Positions 16,025 to 31,526 of a stretch of DNA of 64,000 nucleotides are shown here, in pieces (within the stretch, counting starts at the first letter, position 1; each line of letters starts with the position of its first letter). Origin of the DNA: the human T2T-CHM13v2.0 reference genome, Homo sapiens; the NCBI RefSeq assembly GCF_009914755.1, contig NC_060927.1; one strand, written 5' to 3'. A program made the position numbers and the translations under genes. The notes beneath the pieces were generated by a model. It searched no databases and was not told where the DNA came from. It worked only from the letters and a program-made list of their open reading frames with translations.

Positions 16025-16293
16025 TCCTTAGGAAATAGACAGGCTTGCAACTATGCATATACAAGCTTTTTGTATACAATCTCGTGTATCCAACCAAGTA
16101 GAAATGGTTAGATAAACTGCGATATATTTATACATAGCTATAAAGTAATAATAATGTTGCTATATATCAATTGTTACAGAGAGATATGGGTAACATTTTT
16201 AAATGTTTAAAAAGTAGGAAAAATGTAGCATACTCCTGGCAAGAGAAAACTGTTATGTGTCTATACCAAACTGCCCAATAAAAATAGAATGCA

Positions 16294-16616
<323 letters not shown>

Positions 16617-16722
16617 TTAAATTGTTCTAATGGGTACTTTTTAATAACTAAAATGAAGTGAATGAATCAATTTTAATAGTATGTTTTAATTCAATATATT
16701 TAAAACATTATCATCATTTTAA

Positions 16723-17181
<459 letters not shown>

Positions 17182-17449
17182 TAATCAGTGAGCAGAGACA
17201 AATGTTTAGAAGGATGGTCTCCAAAATGGTCCAAGTTGTGATCCTGGGGGTGAATTTATGGTAATGTTTGCTTTCGTATTTATGTTTTCCTTACTGTTTG
17301 TTTGTTATGATAAGAGTTATCCTGTATAGGTAAAGAAAAATTAAACTGCATGCATTTCTGAAGGAACAAAGAGAGAAAACAGCTTGTTAGGTGTCATGAA
17401 GATATACGAAGCAGCCCTTTCTAATTCCTTGTTAAAAAGGACAGATCCT

Positions 17450-17705
17450 ACCAGCCTGGGCAACACGGCAAAGCCCCTTCTCTACAAAAAAAAAAAAAAA
17501 AAAAAAGAAGAAGAAGAAGAAAAAGTAGCCAGGCGTCGTGGTGCATGCCTGTAGTCCTAGCTACTCAGGAGGCTGAGGTGAGAGGATCACCTGAGCCCAG
17601 GGAGTTCAAGGCTGCAGTGAGCTATGATCATGTCACTGTACTCCAGCCTGGACAACAGTCAGACCCCATCTCAAGATAAAAATTTTAAAAAAAAAAGAAA
17701 AAGAA
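17450..17705 (+). mobile_element. 5'-truncated AluJ with expanded A/(GAA)n linker
   Basis: J-type right arm; TSD AAAAGGACAGATYCT. Confidence 0.9.
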
Positions 17706-18262
17706 AAGGACAGATTCTGGAGTTTTCCGAGAAAGGGTCGCTATCACCAACCATGTGCGCGTGCACACACTCACTCTCTCTTTCTCCTTCAGATAATAAT
17801 GGGGTCAAGGTCATTCCTGCCAACTGTACCCACAAACAGCCAACCCTCTGCTATCTCAAAACACATCTGAGTGGTGAGAAAGCACCCGCTTCATGTTCTT
17901 CCAAACAGACAGGGATTCTGGCTCCCTGCCCTGTAGAACACACACATCCTCCCATCTAGCCTAGGACATGGTGAATACCTGACCGACATGGTTTCTGCCC
18001 ACATTGCTCAACGCAAAGTGCTCTCAGGCCTGTCAAGAGCCTAATGCTCTTTTAATGCAGTCTCTACTTGTAAGTTCTAAAATAACATCATGTTAGAGCC
18101 AATGAACCTCACAAACAGCCCTGGAAAACCTGTTCACAGTACTTCAGTCCATGGTTTAACTTCTGAAAAGCTCGTGAGCCCAGGTCTCTCCTTCTGAACT
18201 CAGGAACATCTGGATGGCAATGGCTTGGCCTTTTACATTATTATCCCTCAAATCTAAGCTGA

Positions 18263-18551
18263 GGCTGGGCACAGTGGCTTATGCCTGTAATCTCAACACT
18301 TTGGGAGGCCAAGGCATGTCACTTGAGTTCAGGAGTTCAAGACCGGCCTGGCCAACATGGCAAACCTCTTTCTCTACTAAAAATACAAAAAAAAAAAAAA
18401 AATTAACCAAGTGTGGTGGTGGGCACCTGTAATCCCAGCTACTCAAGAGGCTGAGAGGGGAAGACTCGCTTGAACCCAGGAGGCGGAGGGTGCAGTGAGC
18501 TGAGATTGTGCCACTGCACTCCAGCCTCGGTGACAGAGTGAAAAAAAAAAA
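18263..18551 (+). mobile_element. Alu (AluS)
   Basis: TSD AAATCTAAGCTG. Confidence 0.95.
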
Positions 18552-18864
18552 TCTAAGCTGTAACAAAGCTAAGTGAAGATAAGCCGAGAAGATCCCTCTA
18601 AGTGGTACCACACCTTACTCTCTGGTGGCACGTAAGAAATGAGCAGAAGAGAGAGAATATTTCAAATACAGTGTTATCCATAAAAATTCAAAAATCATTT
18701 CTTTTTACTTAGGATCTTAATTTTTTCTATTTTGGGCCAAAAGACAGTACCAGGATGCCTGTTTCATTTCTATTCCTATTAGGCTCTCCTTAATATATAT
18801 ATATTTATTAAAGATATTTAAAAATACTTTCCATATCTTGAATTTTTAATTAATAATAAAGATT

Positions 18865-19260
18865 ATTAACCTCCTTGAGAACTTACTACATTCCATGTAC
18901 TGTGCCAATCATAAAAATTACTGGTGTTGTGGAGCCGACATTTACTGAGCATTTGCTGTGTATAAAACATTGCTCTAAGCACTTTTTACCTGAAAAGAAT
19001 TTAGTTAATCCTCAACTACTTCACAGGGGAGGTACTAGTTTAGTATCTATTTTTGCAGGAAAAAAAAGGCTTCAAGAAATCTGGTTACTTCCTCAAGATC
19101 AGAAAGCTAACAAGTAGCAAGACCAGGCCCCCAACCCAAGATGGAAACCTGAACTCCCAACCTACGCTATTCTTTGTATCATCTTCACAGCATTCCTATA
19201 AGACAGGTCCTTTCATTCTACCCGTTTCACAGATGGGGACAATTAACTGAAAGTATTCAG
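18865..19260 (-). mobile_element. MIR fragments
   Basis: catttactgagcatttgctgtg...ctaagcacttt...aatcctcaac; tttcacagatgggga. Confidence 0.65.
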
Positions 19261-20688
19261 GCCATGCCCAAAAACTGGCATCCAAACTCAGCCAAGGCAT
19301 ACTCCAAGTCCATTCCCGCCTGGAGACATGCTAGTACCAAACAACAAGCTATACCTTCATCATGTCGGCACCTGAGATAGTCAATTTCCCATTACAAAAT
19401 TGGTCCTGTTTTGAAAGGGTGGTAGCAGGAATCAGACAAGTGCACAACAACAGTCCAGTTTCTAAGTGCACTCTCAGGAATGGGAAGAACAGAGAAAAAG
19501 CAGAGCATGGTCCAGGCCATGGGTACCCATCTGCCTTCCACTGGTGCTGAGTGCAGGGAAATCCCAGAAAGGGCTGAGAGAGGGAGAGGAAGTGCACTTT
19601 CCTTTCAATTTCCCTTCCTTTCTAATTCCTTCATTCAGGAATGAATAAGAATGAGCTGCTTGGGTTTACGGACTCACAGAGCAAACACCCAGAGAGGGGC
19701 TGTAATTCCCAGTGCCCCCAGTGTACTCCGGAGCCCCACCCCCAACCCCCAGCAGCACCCTTCTAAACTGATACAAATGGCAGGTGCTCCCTCAAGTCCA
19801 TAGGCCTGTTCCAAGGGTCTTAGTGCTTAAATGGACACTACCGCAAAGCTTCTGGAACCATGGGGCCAGAGGATGCTGGCTCATTGAGTAAGGAGCTGAA
19901 AGAGAAATGGGGAGAAGCTTCTTGGGCTGGAGAGGACAGGACCTACATGACGGTGTGTCCTCCATGTGACAGGGAGACTCCTGAAGGGATCTGGATGACA
20001 ACCCTTTTTTATTTTAGCTGCTGAGGATAACAGAGCAATAGCAGAAGTTGTAAGAATAGCAGCAACTGCTTACTCTTACTGTGCTAAGTGCATTGCTCAG
20101 TGATTTGTTGTTTCTCCTCCCTATACAACACTGAGATTGATCCACCCAATTTGCAAAAGAGCCTTTTGGTTTTTTTATGTTTGTTTGTTCACTGATGTAT
20201 CCTGGGATGCCTAAAATTATTGAATGCTTACTTGTCCAGAACCAGTAAGCACTCAATAATTATCTGGTGAATAAAGAAATGAATTTAAAGCTTCAAAGTA
20301 CCATATTAGTCCTGGTACAAGGGCCACTGGTATAGTGGCCTCCCAATGACAAGACCCCTTTCCTATTTTCTCATCACCCTGGCTTTCCCAGTATCCCCAC
20401 TCCTTCAAACCCTGCCTGTTCCAATGAACAATTAAGAACAGCCTAAAGAAACAAATACAACTTCTGGGACTTCATTTGTAATGAAAGAATTAAATAAAAA
20501 TTTTTAAAAATAAGATAAACCTTTTTCTCCTATGATTAAACAAAAAAATGTTGAAACTCTTTGGCAAAGTTCAGTGAAATAAACATTCTCATCCAGTACT
20601 GATAGGATGAGAAAAAGCAAGATGGCAAGACACATGGAGAACTTGTAAGAATTACATAACTGTTCTTCTACTGATTTTCCCCCCTCTA

Positions 20689-21014
<326 letters not shown>

Positions 21015-21420
21015 GACAAATATTTGTGCACAAATATGCCAACTGCAACGTTATTACAGGAAAACTGGACATGGTGTCAATACCCAACATTAAGAATAGT
21101 TCTTTAAATTTTATTGTATCCGAAAGGATGATGTGGTATACAACCATTCCAGATGTCTTTAAGAACACTTCATGACACAGGAAAATGCTCATCATGAAAT
21201 ACTAAATTAAAAAAAAAAATGGATACACAAATACTATATACTGTATGGCTACAACTTTGTCAACTATATGTACATTCCATTAAAAAAAGAGTAGAAGGAA
21301 ATATATGTTATCATCAGGGTCAGGAGTCTAAATTACTTTTATTTTTGCATTTGTCTACTTTTCTATAATTGCAAATTCCCCATAATGAGATGGTTTTATA
21401 TTTATAATCAGAAAAAATTA
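21015..21420 (+). mobile_element. Old L1M 3' fragment
   Basis: aaaactgga...gaaaatgctcatcatgaaatactaa...tatatactgtatg. Confidence 0.5.
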
Positions 21421-22376
21421 ACTTCATAAGAACTTTCTATTCTATGTATGTAACATACATAGAATATTATAATGAGAACTTAGTTAATGAAATTATATGA
21501 CCCTTCCTGATGACAATTTTACATTGGTAGGTATTTTATCCCACAGAAGGGAAATAAAGAACATTAACCCCACTCCAAAGCCAGGTAGAACAAGACCTCA
21601 GAAAACACGCAGTTCGAATCAATTAGCTTATGCCTCAAAAATAGTAAGAAACACACATCATTATCCTCTTATATACCCCAGCCCTTGGCAAAACACGTCA
21701 CATAGGAGGCAGTCATTTGTATGAATCAGTCGCATAAGGATAGTGTAGTCAACTAAATTCTCATGCTACACAAAACTCAACTATTCAAAAAATGCACAGT
21801 AGTTGTCAACCAGCAGGATAATTCTAACTTTATACATATCTTCATCAAACAGCCTTGTTTTTTAAAAAATCAGGCTTTAGAGGGAGGAGAGACACAGAGG
21901 GAGAGGGAACGAGGAAGAAAAAGGAAGAGAGTAAAGAGAAGAAGGGTGAAAAGTGGGCACTTTCTGAGATAAACATTTTCAGATGATGCTTTTCCTATTT
22001 AATATTTTGAAACACTTGTAAATTCCCTTAACATAGCTTAGAGAAGAGAATATTAGAAATTAAATCCGAGAAAGGGTCATGTACATAAAAATAATACACC
22101 TTGGTTTTCAGTTGGTCCATTTTTTCAACAGTCAACTTTTTAACAGTCAAATTTTAATATTTCCACTTATCTTTGGTATTATATCACAAAAGGAAGGAAC
22201 TGATGTAGTGGAAGAGGCTGGGAGTCACTACCAACACAGAAATCTACAATTACACAGTGGCCTGGGGTCTGTCATTTCCTTTTCTGTATCACAGTTTCAT
22301 CTTCAGTAAATATAAGGAATGGGCTACAGAAGTCTGACATTCCTTGGTCCTCTCTGAATCTATAAACCTAAGAATA

Positions 22377-22679
22377 AAGTCATGTATCACTTCACAATAG
22401 GGATAGGTTCTGAGAAACGTGTTGTTAGGCGATTTTGCTACTGTGCCAACATAAGAGTGTACTTAAACCCAGATAGTATGTATATTTTTACTTATATATT
22501 TTCATATGGAAAACCGTATGTCCCAGCACTGTTACCTAATGTCAGTCACTTCTCCTACTTTATCTGCAATGACAATACCAAGTGCTATGTATCAGGTATG
22601 CTCCATTATAATTTTATGGGACCACAGTCATATATGCAAACCATCGTTGACCAAAACATCCTTGTGTGGCACATGACTG
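22377..22679 (-). mobile_element. Tigger3-family (Golem) MITE
   Basis: Termini agtcatg...catgactg followed by TA; ttctgagaaacgtgttgttaggcgatttt; ctccattataattttatgggaccac. Confidence 0.85.
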
Positions 22680-23630
22680 TACTTCATTGATTGGCCATTT
22701 GGGGATTTTAGAATTAGATGGGATATCTACCACCATGTAGAGTGTCCCCCGCCACCCCCGCCCCGCCCGCCAGCACACAGCTCAATTTTAAACACAGGGA
22801 GCCTCATAGAAACTCAGTAACTACTTATTGCTTAATCAATTAGTAACTATATCACTGAGGTATAGCAAAGAAGAGAACTTAAATTTCATACTCTAAAAGC
22901 TGTAACTTTTTTAATTTTACAGAGTTAATCTGAATGAAACCCAACCAAAGCAAAATTTGCAACTATAAACAAATTTATATTAATGGCATGTGCTGGGACA
23001 AGAGAATGACTGATATTTGGGATAAATTAAACAATGAAAGTATAAATGGCTCTCCTTTGAAAGATACAAAGTTCCTTATCTAACAAGCTGCAAATCAAGT
23101 TGGGGAAGTGGGAAAATATCGAGGGAGAATTCAAATCAGAAACAAAACAAAACAAAACAAAAAACTGCCTACCAACTTAATGTCTAGAAATGTTGTCATC
23201 AAAGTTGATACAAACTCTACCTCATGCTATCACAGAAAACACATGTACGCAGAGCCAAGCAATGATTTTATGTGCCTGGAATTCATTTGAATATTATTTA
23301 AAAGTAGAGGGAGAAACTAGGTGATTATCTAAAATCACAACATCTTTTATGAAACTCACTCAAGAGACTGAGTTATCTCGAGATGTCCAACACAGACGTA
23401 GTTACAATCACAAATAACTGGAAGGAATCTAAAGACCCACCAGTTGCAGGTATAGAAAACACAACAGTGGTAGTAATGAACGTAGCTTTAAAAATAAGAT
23501 GTAGATATATTAAGTAATAACTTGGGAAAACACTTAAGATCGTTTAATGATAAAAGCAGGAAACAAAAAGAGTACATACAGTAAAAGTATATATAGACAA
23601 ATGTTTTTAAATATGCCATATATAAGAAAT

Positions 23631-23940
23631 AGCCAGGCAAGGTGGGATTACAGGTGTGAACTTCGGAACTTTGGGAGGCCGAGGTGGGTGGATCCCCTCA
23701 TCCCAGGAGTTTAAGACCAGCCTGGGGAAAATGGCGAAACCCTGTCTCTAAAAACATACAAAGATCAGCCAGGCGTGGTGGCATGTGCCTGTGGTACCAG
23801 CTACTCATTGAGGCTGAGGGGAGAGGATCACCTGAGCCTGGGAGGCAAGAGAATGCAGTCAGCCGAGACTGCACCACTGCACTCCAGCCTGGGCGAAAGA
23901 GCGAGACCCTGTCTCAAAATAATAATAATAATAGTAATAG
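23631..23940 (+). mobile_element. Alu (AluJ) with (AAT)n tail
   Basis: J-type dimer. Confidence 0.9.
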
Positions 23941-24253
<313 letters not shown>

Positions 24254-24257
24254 TTAG

Positions 24258-24644
<387 letters not shown>

Positions 24645-25461
24645 TAAGTGCATTTAAAATTATCCACAAAGAGAAACTGTCCTTCCTTCATCCAACACCA
24701 TCTTAACAGTATTTAGCATCCATATAGAGATAATGTGTGTTTTTGTAATTAACCTACCATTTCCTGGATGCTTGAGGATTTGCGACTGGCCAAGAAATCT
24801 TGAAAATGTTCAACTGTGTTTCACAAGTTTTGAGAAAGCTAGAATCTGTGATGCTCTTAGGTAATCTGAAAGGCAGATGAACCCATCAAAGACTACCTAT
24901 ATTAGTAAAAGGTAAAGGTGATAGACAGACGTGGCTCAGGCTCAAACTAGTATTTTACTAATCTAGAGACTATGTTAACCACACCAATCTGTGATATACT
25001 TCAGATGATTACAATCGACATATTCTAAGTTAGGGCTATAAACACATCCCACTTTCCTCTATGCCTTTTATTTAAACTGCAAATCTCCAAACCATCAGAT
25101 TAGAGAACGGGTCAAGAGGGACAAAATGCCCAGGATTCCTTTTTCACTGCTCACAGGTTGTACTATGACCCAAACTTCACAAAAATGAGTGCAAGGGGTG
25201 GGGGAAAATGTGGTAACTGTAACAAACAAGAATGCTGAACAATTACTATTCCTGGAAAAATAATACAAACCATGTAAGTTCAGCCAGCCAGCAGACTGCT
25301 AGTTATATAAAGCCAGTAAATATGATAGGAGTGAGATTCAAACACAACTAACTCTTACTAAGGTCATCAATGACTTCCATATTGACAAATCCAATGGTCA
25401 GTTCTTTGTCATCATCTTTTTTGACCACTTGGCAGAATTTGATATGGCTCACAACTCTCTT

Positions 25462-25781
25462 CTTATTTATTTATTTATTTATTTATTTATTTTTTGAGAT
25501 GGAGTCTCTCTCTGTAGCCCACGCTGGAGTGCAGTGGTGCGATCTTGGTTCACTGCAACCTCCGTCTCCCGGGTCCCAGTTCAAGCAATTCTCCTGCCTC
25601 AGCCTCCTGAGTAGCTGAGATTACAGGAATGAGCCACCATGCCGAGCTAGTTTTTGTATGTTTAGTAGAGACAGGGTTTCCCCATGTTGGCCAGGCTGAT
25701 CTTGAACTCCTGACCTCATGATCCGCCTGCCTTGGCCTCCCAAAGTGCTGGTATTACAGTCATGAGCCACTGTGCCCAGCC
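25462..25781 (-). mobile_element. Alu (AluS) with (TTTA)n tail
   Basis: Full antisense dimer. Confidence 0.94.
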
Positions 25782-25784
25782 TAA

Positions 25785-25960
25785 TTTTGTTTTTTATCTA
25801 GAGACAGAGTCACTATAGTCTGTCACCCAGGCTGGAGTGAAGTGGTTATTCACAGGCAGGATCATAGCACACTATAGCCTCAAACTCCTGGACTGAAGCA
25901 ATCCTCCTGCCTCAGCCTCCTGAGTAGCTGGAACTACAGGTGTGAGCCCCCATGCTCAGC
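25785..25960 (-). mobile_element. FAM-like fossil Alu monomer
   Basis: Retains the 7SL-type segment gtggttattcacaggcaggatcatagcacac. Confidence 0.75.
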
Positions 25961-26084
25961 TTTGTTTCCTACTTTAAACACTTACCTTGATGACTTTCTG
26001 GTTCACAATCTCAGAGTTTTCATCCCATCTCTGATCTTTCCTGTTCTCAATATTCTATGACTAAAACTTTTAATGGTGTTGGCT

Positions 26085-26357
26085 TTTTATTTTTATTTTA
26101 CTTTTTTGAGACAGAGTCTCACTCTGTCCCTCAGGCTAGAGTATTGTGATGCAACTGTGGCTCACTGTGGCCCCAAGCTCCTGGGCTTGAACAATCCTCC
26201 TGCCTCAGCCTCCCAAGTGTAGCTGGGACTACAGGCACACGCCACCATGCCCAGCTAATTTTTGTTTTTTTTAATGTAGAGATAAGAGTCTCACTATGTT
26301 GCCCAGGTTGATCTCAAACTCCTGGTCTCAAGAGATCCTCCCACCTCAGCCTCCCAG
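26085..26357 (-). mobile_element. Alu (AluJ), 5'-truncated
   Basis: ctcctgggcttgaacaatcctcc; ctcactatgttgccc. Confidence 0.9.
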
Positions 26358-27137
26358 AGTCAGAACCCAGATCCTGGAACTCTTCTTTTCTTCTTCTATA
26401 CCACTGCTTCCTTGGTGAGTTCAGTCAAGTTTATGCCTTTAGGTATCACTTACATGCTTATAAATCCTGAATTTATAGACCAAGCTAGGACATTTCCAGG
26501 ACTACATATCCAAATGCCCACTTGGCATCTTAGTCTGGGTGCATAGCTCAAACCTCCCATATCTACAACTACATTCCTGGTCTCCCTTGCTTACCTCCCC
26601 TACCTCCAAAACTGCCCCACCCACTGTCTTGCTGTATTTTAGTGATGGGAGCACCACCTTCTATCAGTTCCTTAGAACAGAAAGCATTTGTCTTCTGACT
26701 CCTCTGTTTCTGCCCATAAGCAATCCATCAGTGAATCCTATTGATTATATCCCGTCATTCAAGACAAAAATCTTAAGAGTCTTCTGTGATGCAACTTTTT
26801 CAAACTCCCCATCAATTTCACTAGGAAATCCTTTGGCTCAATGTTTAAATAAATTCCAAATTCAACAACTTCTCAGCACCTCCCCTGCCATTGTGATCCT
26901 GGCCATCATCATATCTCACTGGGATTATTCTAGTGGCCTCCTGACAGGTCTCCCTGCCTATGACCTCATCCACCCAAAGTCTATTTTCAAAACAGCTCCC
27001 AGAGCGATCCATTTAAAAAGCATGAGTGAGATCTTGCTCTACCTCAAAGCCCCTCAATGGCTCCCCAATAAGAATATAAAAAGCCCTAATGCCCTACTCA
27101 GTCTGGCCCTGTTACACTGTTACGTTGTCTCTTACTA

Positions 27138-27366
27138 CAACTTGAGTAGCCTTAATCCAATATTCTGCAATCAAAAGTGCTCCAAAATCCAAAACTTTTT
27201 GAGCACAGATACAACACTCAAAGGAAATGCTCACAGGAGCATTTCAGATTTGGGATTTTGGGGTTAAGGATGCTTAGCTGGTAATGCATATATTATAAAA
27301 TCTGAAAGATCCCAAATCAGAAATATTTCTGGTCCCAAGCATGTCAGATAACAGATACTCAACCTG
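27138..27366 (-). mobile_element. Tigger4a/MER46A (Zombi) MITE
   Basis: TA-flanked termini caacttgagta...tactcaacctg; aaaggaaatgctca; ctggtcccaagcat. Confidence 0.88.
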
Positions 27367-27647
27367 TACTCTTCCCTTAAGGACACTGCTTCGGCCATAC
27401 TGGCTGACTTGCTCTCTTTAGAATAGGCTACATCTCTGCTCACCTTACATGGACTTACCCTGACCACCCACCACCCTATTTACACAGCAACCCTTCCCTC
27501 TGACAATGTGACCTCCCTTATCCTTTTATATTTTCTCTACAGTATCTATCACCACGCCCTTGTTTATCACGCTTCGCTGGTTGTCCACTCCCTCTAAACC
27601 AATGAGCAGAGGGCTTGGTGGCTGTGCTGTCCACTGCTATATCCAGC

Positions 27648-27943
27648 AACACTGTCTAATAGAAATACAATGGCTGCCACATAAGTAACTGTGACGCTTT
27701 TCAGAAGTAACAAGAAACAGCTGAAATTAATTTTAATATTTTATTTAACCTAATGTATCCAAAACGATCATTTCAACATGTAATCGATGAAGAAAAATTA
27801 TCAAATATTTCATGTTCTTTTTTCCATACAAAGGCTTTGAAATACTTTGTAGATTTTACACTGCACATCCAAGTTTGGGCTAATCACATTTCAAGTGTTC
27901 AGCAGCTCCAGGTAGCTAGTGGCTCCCACACTGGACAGGGGAG
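27648..27943 (+). mobile_element. MER33
   Basis: ctgtctaatagaaatacaatg...gaaacagctgaaattaattttaat...cacatttcaagtg...gctagtggct...ctggacag. Confidence 0.85.
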
Positions 27944-28012
27944 GTCAAGCACAATGCCTGGCATACAGCAGGCATTTAATAAAGATGTGTGAATAAACAG
28001 ATGAGGGAATAA

Positions 28013-28447
<435 letters not shown>

Positions 28448-28764
28448 GCTGATTCCATTTTTTAAAAGTCTTGGGTACAAGCCACTACACTAAAATCCTT
28501 AACCCACAAACTGGTTCCAACGGCCACTTTGAAAATGACTGGTCTAAATAAACTTTAAAGTATGGAATTTGTAATGAATGTATTTTAGGATATTTCCTCT
28601 GGCCTCCAGAGACCACTGAGGACCTTTTGAAAGGGAAACAGACCAACCTCCAGAAAAAAAAGACTGGAGGAAAGAGTGAGCATGTAAGCTACCATGGCAA
28701 GCCATAGACTGCAATAATCACAGTCCATCCAACAATGGGAGGTTTCTCTTAATTAAAAAGTAAT

Positions 28765-29077
28765 TTTATTTTACTTTTGATTTATTTATTTTTTGAGATG
28801 GAGTCTCCCCTCTGTTGCCCAGGATGTAGAGCAGTGGCATGATCTCAGATCACTGTAACCTCTGCCTCCCAAGTTCAAGCAATTCTCTCACCTCAGCTTC
28901 CCAGGTAGCTGGGACTACAGGTGTGCACCACCATGCCCAGCTAATTTTTGTATTTTTAGCAGATACCAGGTTTCGCCATGTTGACCAGGCTGGTCTCAAA
29001 CTCCCAACCTCAAGTGATCCACCTGCCTTGGCCTCCCAGAGTGCTGGGATTACAGGTGTGAGCCATCATGCCCGGCC
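28765..29077 (-). mobile_element. Alu (AluS)
   Basis: Full dimer; TSD-like GTAATTTTA. Confidence 0.94.
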
Positions 29078-29765
29078 TAAAAGGTAATTTTAAATAACTG
29101 GTCACACTCTCAGATAATTAACAAAACATCTAATTACCTTTAATTACATGCCACATATATGCCAATATACAAAATTCAGGAAAGATCTGCATGATTTTCA
29201 CCCTTTAAAAAGAGTGAATTTGACAAGGGCAGAAAGACTTCATGTTTTTCCTTTTTCTTCCCGACCCCATGCAAAGCCAGATCAGTGGCAGAGAGGAACA
29301 AACTGAAACGATTCATCTTCATTTCAAATTCACAAAGTCCCATTCACCAATAGTCTTTTTAAAAGATACCACAAACTTCAAATCCAAACTCAGCACTGCT
29401 TAGTAACTGTCACTACAGCTTCAGCTTTTAAATGGGCTCATAAAATAAGGATTCTGTCATCAGTACACTATTTGTTTCTTTGAGGTCCTTGGTGTTACTA
29501 GATACTGAGGGGGTAGGCCCACAAGGTTAACACAGATGTGCTACCTTTTATAATATTTTGTTTTTGTACAGTTAAGCTTCAGATTTCTTTCAGAGGCTTT
29601 TGAATTGCCAAGGAAAGGCTCTATTTCCTACATCTGTGGTACGTCGTTAAGTTGCCACCTAACATGAGGTTTGTGTTCCTAAAATGCTCAAGGTGAGCAG
29701 TTGGAATATTTGTGCCTTTGGCAGATAGGACAGCAAAAACATCATTTAAAAAATACATGGATACA

Positions 29766-29939
29766 GTAGTTCAGTGGTGTGAGCCTATAGTCCAAGCTAT
29801 TCAGGAGGCTGAGGCAGGAAGATCCCTCAAGCCCAGGAGTTCGGGGCTGCAGTAAGCTCTGATCACACCTATGAACAGCCACTGTAATCCTGCCTGGGCA
29901 ACACAGCCAGACCCCATTTCTTAAAAAAAAAAAAAAAAA
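29766..29939 (+). mobile_element. FAM-like fossil Alu monomer
   Basis: gatcacacctatgaacagccactg (7SL-type segment) plus poly-A. Confidence 0.78.
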
Positions 29940-30417
29940 GATAGATAAAACCATTTGCTATTTGGTTTTGTATTTTTGATTGTTCACTGTGCAAAATATG
30001 GTTATTTGATAATTGCTGCAAATATTGTCTTTACTACTAAATATGCCTTCATGTACATTTCAACAAGTGACTTCTGCTTGAAAACGAACTCTATTGAGCA
30101 TATTTCTCTGGAAATCAATATTTAAGAAATTTTTTTTCTTTGAAACTAACATTCAAGAGAGACAGCTCTTGTTTACAGAGTAACTTAGTTTAGCATTATG
30201 GCTAACAATGTTTAAAAACAGCTAACTTAAAATGCAAACATTTAAATTCTGACGTTTAACTGTTGAGAGGCCATGTCAGTCTACGGAAATACACACAGCA
30301 TAAAAAACAGTAATTTTTCCCCAGTTCTGTCCCTTGTAAGAATATTTCAAGCAACCATTCTCTTAGATTTAAAAATAAGAACTCATGAGGTTTTAAGACA
30401 GTTAAAAATTTTAAATG

Positions 30418-30743
30418 CCTAGATGAACCTTGAAAACATTTTGCTAAGTGAAAGAATCCAGTCACAAAAGGATGTGGGATTCCATTTCTATGAAACATCC
30501 AGACTAAGTAAATCTATACAAACAGAATGTATATTTGTTGTTATCAGGGGATGGGGGGAGGGCAGAACGCAGTGTAAGTGCTAATAGTTACTAGGGTTTT
30601 TTCTTAAGCGATGAAATATTCTAAAACTGAACTAGATGGTTGCAACTCTGAACACATTAAGAACTATTGAAAAGTCAGTACACCTTAAATGGGTGAATTG
30701 TATTGTATGTGAATTATATCTCAGTAATTCTGTTAACAAAAAA
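30418..30743 (+). mobile_element. L1MB 3' end
   Basis: gatgaaccttgaaaacatt..gctaagtgaaagaa...aaatgggtgaattgtattgtatgtgaattatatctca. Confidence 0.88.
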
Positions 30744-30879
30744 TTAACATGCCTGATAACATTCACAACAGCATATAAGGAAATCAAGTTAATCTCACAT
30801 AACTTCCATACGATGCTAAAACACATAATTCCCGACACCCTGGACTCCTTGTTTTAGACCACTTCTCAAATCAACCAAC

Positions 30880-31090
30880 AATTGCCTTTCCTAACACCCA
30901 TCATCAGCATCGTCATTCATGTATGCCTGCCCCTCTAGACTATCAACTCTGTGAGGACAGAGACCATGTCCTTCTTACACGGTGCTATAATCTCAGCACC
31001 TAGCACACACCCACCAATAAACATCTGCAGTAAGAATTAATATATGTATGTATGTACATACATCTGTATGTATGAATGAATGAATGAAAT
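30880..31090 (+). mobile_element. L2 3' tail with (TATG)n/(TGAA)n
   Basis: ctagactatcaactctgtgaggacagagaccatgtc...cagcacctagcac...gaatgaatgaatgaa. Confidence 0.75.
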
Positions 31091-31124
31091 TACTAGATTG
31101 GAGCAACTGAATCAATGAAGTACT

Positions 31125-31526
31125 TGTATTCTACTTGTCCCCTTAAATCTGTTTGTCAATTCTCCCCAGGCTCCTGGCCACCTAGGTAGAGACATTTCCC
31201 AGCAGCCCTCAAAGTTTGCTGGGCCTTATGACCACAATCTTACCAGTTAAGTGACAATGAGTGGGATGTATACAATGTTTAACTCTTTTGATCAAAAGAA
31301 AATTGCTTGCTTTGGACATCTCCATAGTGCGGCAACAACATAGCTTCAACCATATGATAAAGACAAAGCCCCAAGGGAGGGAGGAGAGCACAGACGGAAA
31401 GATCTGCCCAGACAAGCTACATTGGTCTGGTTGTTTCACGAGAGAAGTAGACTTCTATTTTATTTAAGCCATTTTACGCTGGGGTCTCTTTGTTACACCA
31501 GCCTAGTCTTTACCCTGACGGTTACA
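31125..31526 (+). mobile_element. MLT1-type MaLR LTR
   Basis: catttcccagc...tgagtgggatg...acttctattttatttaagcca...tttgttacaccagcctag...aca. Confidence 0.7.

Larger units (their letters stand above)
26365..28000 (+). mobile_element. L2 3' portion (ORF2 C-terminus and tail), interrupted by Tigger4a and MER33
   Basis: Translation ISHWDYSSGLLTGLP...KTAPRAI resembles L2/CR1 LDYCNSLLxGLP...AAR; 3' end gcctggcatacagcaggcatttaataaa. Confidence 0.8.

Noticed and set aside
19350-19380. Possible 17-nt microexon (ctcag|GTGCCGACATGATGAAG|gtatag) on the minus strand
   Set aside because: Poor polypyrimidine tract and weak donor.
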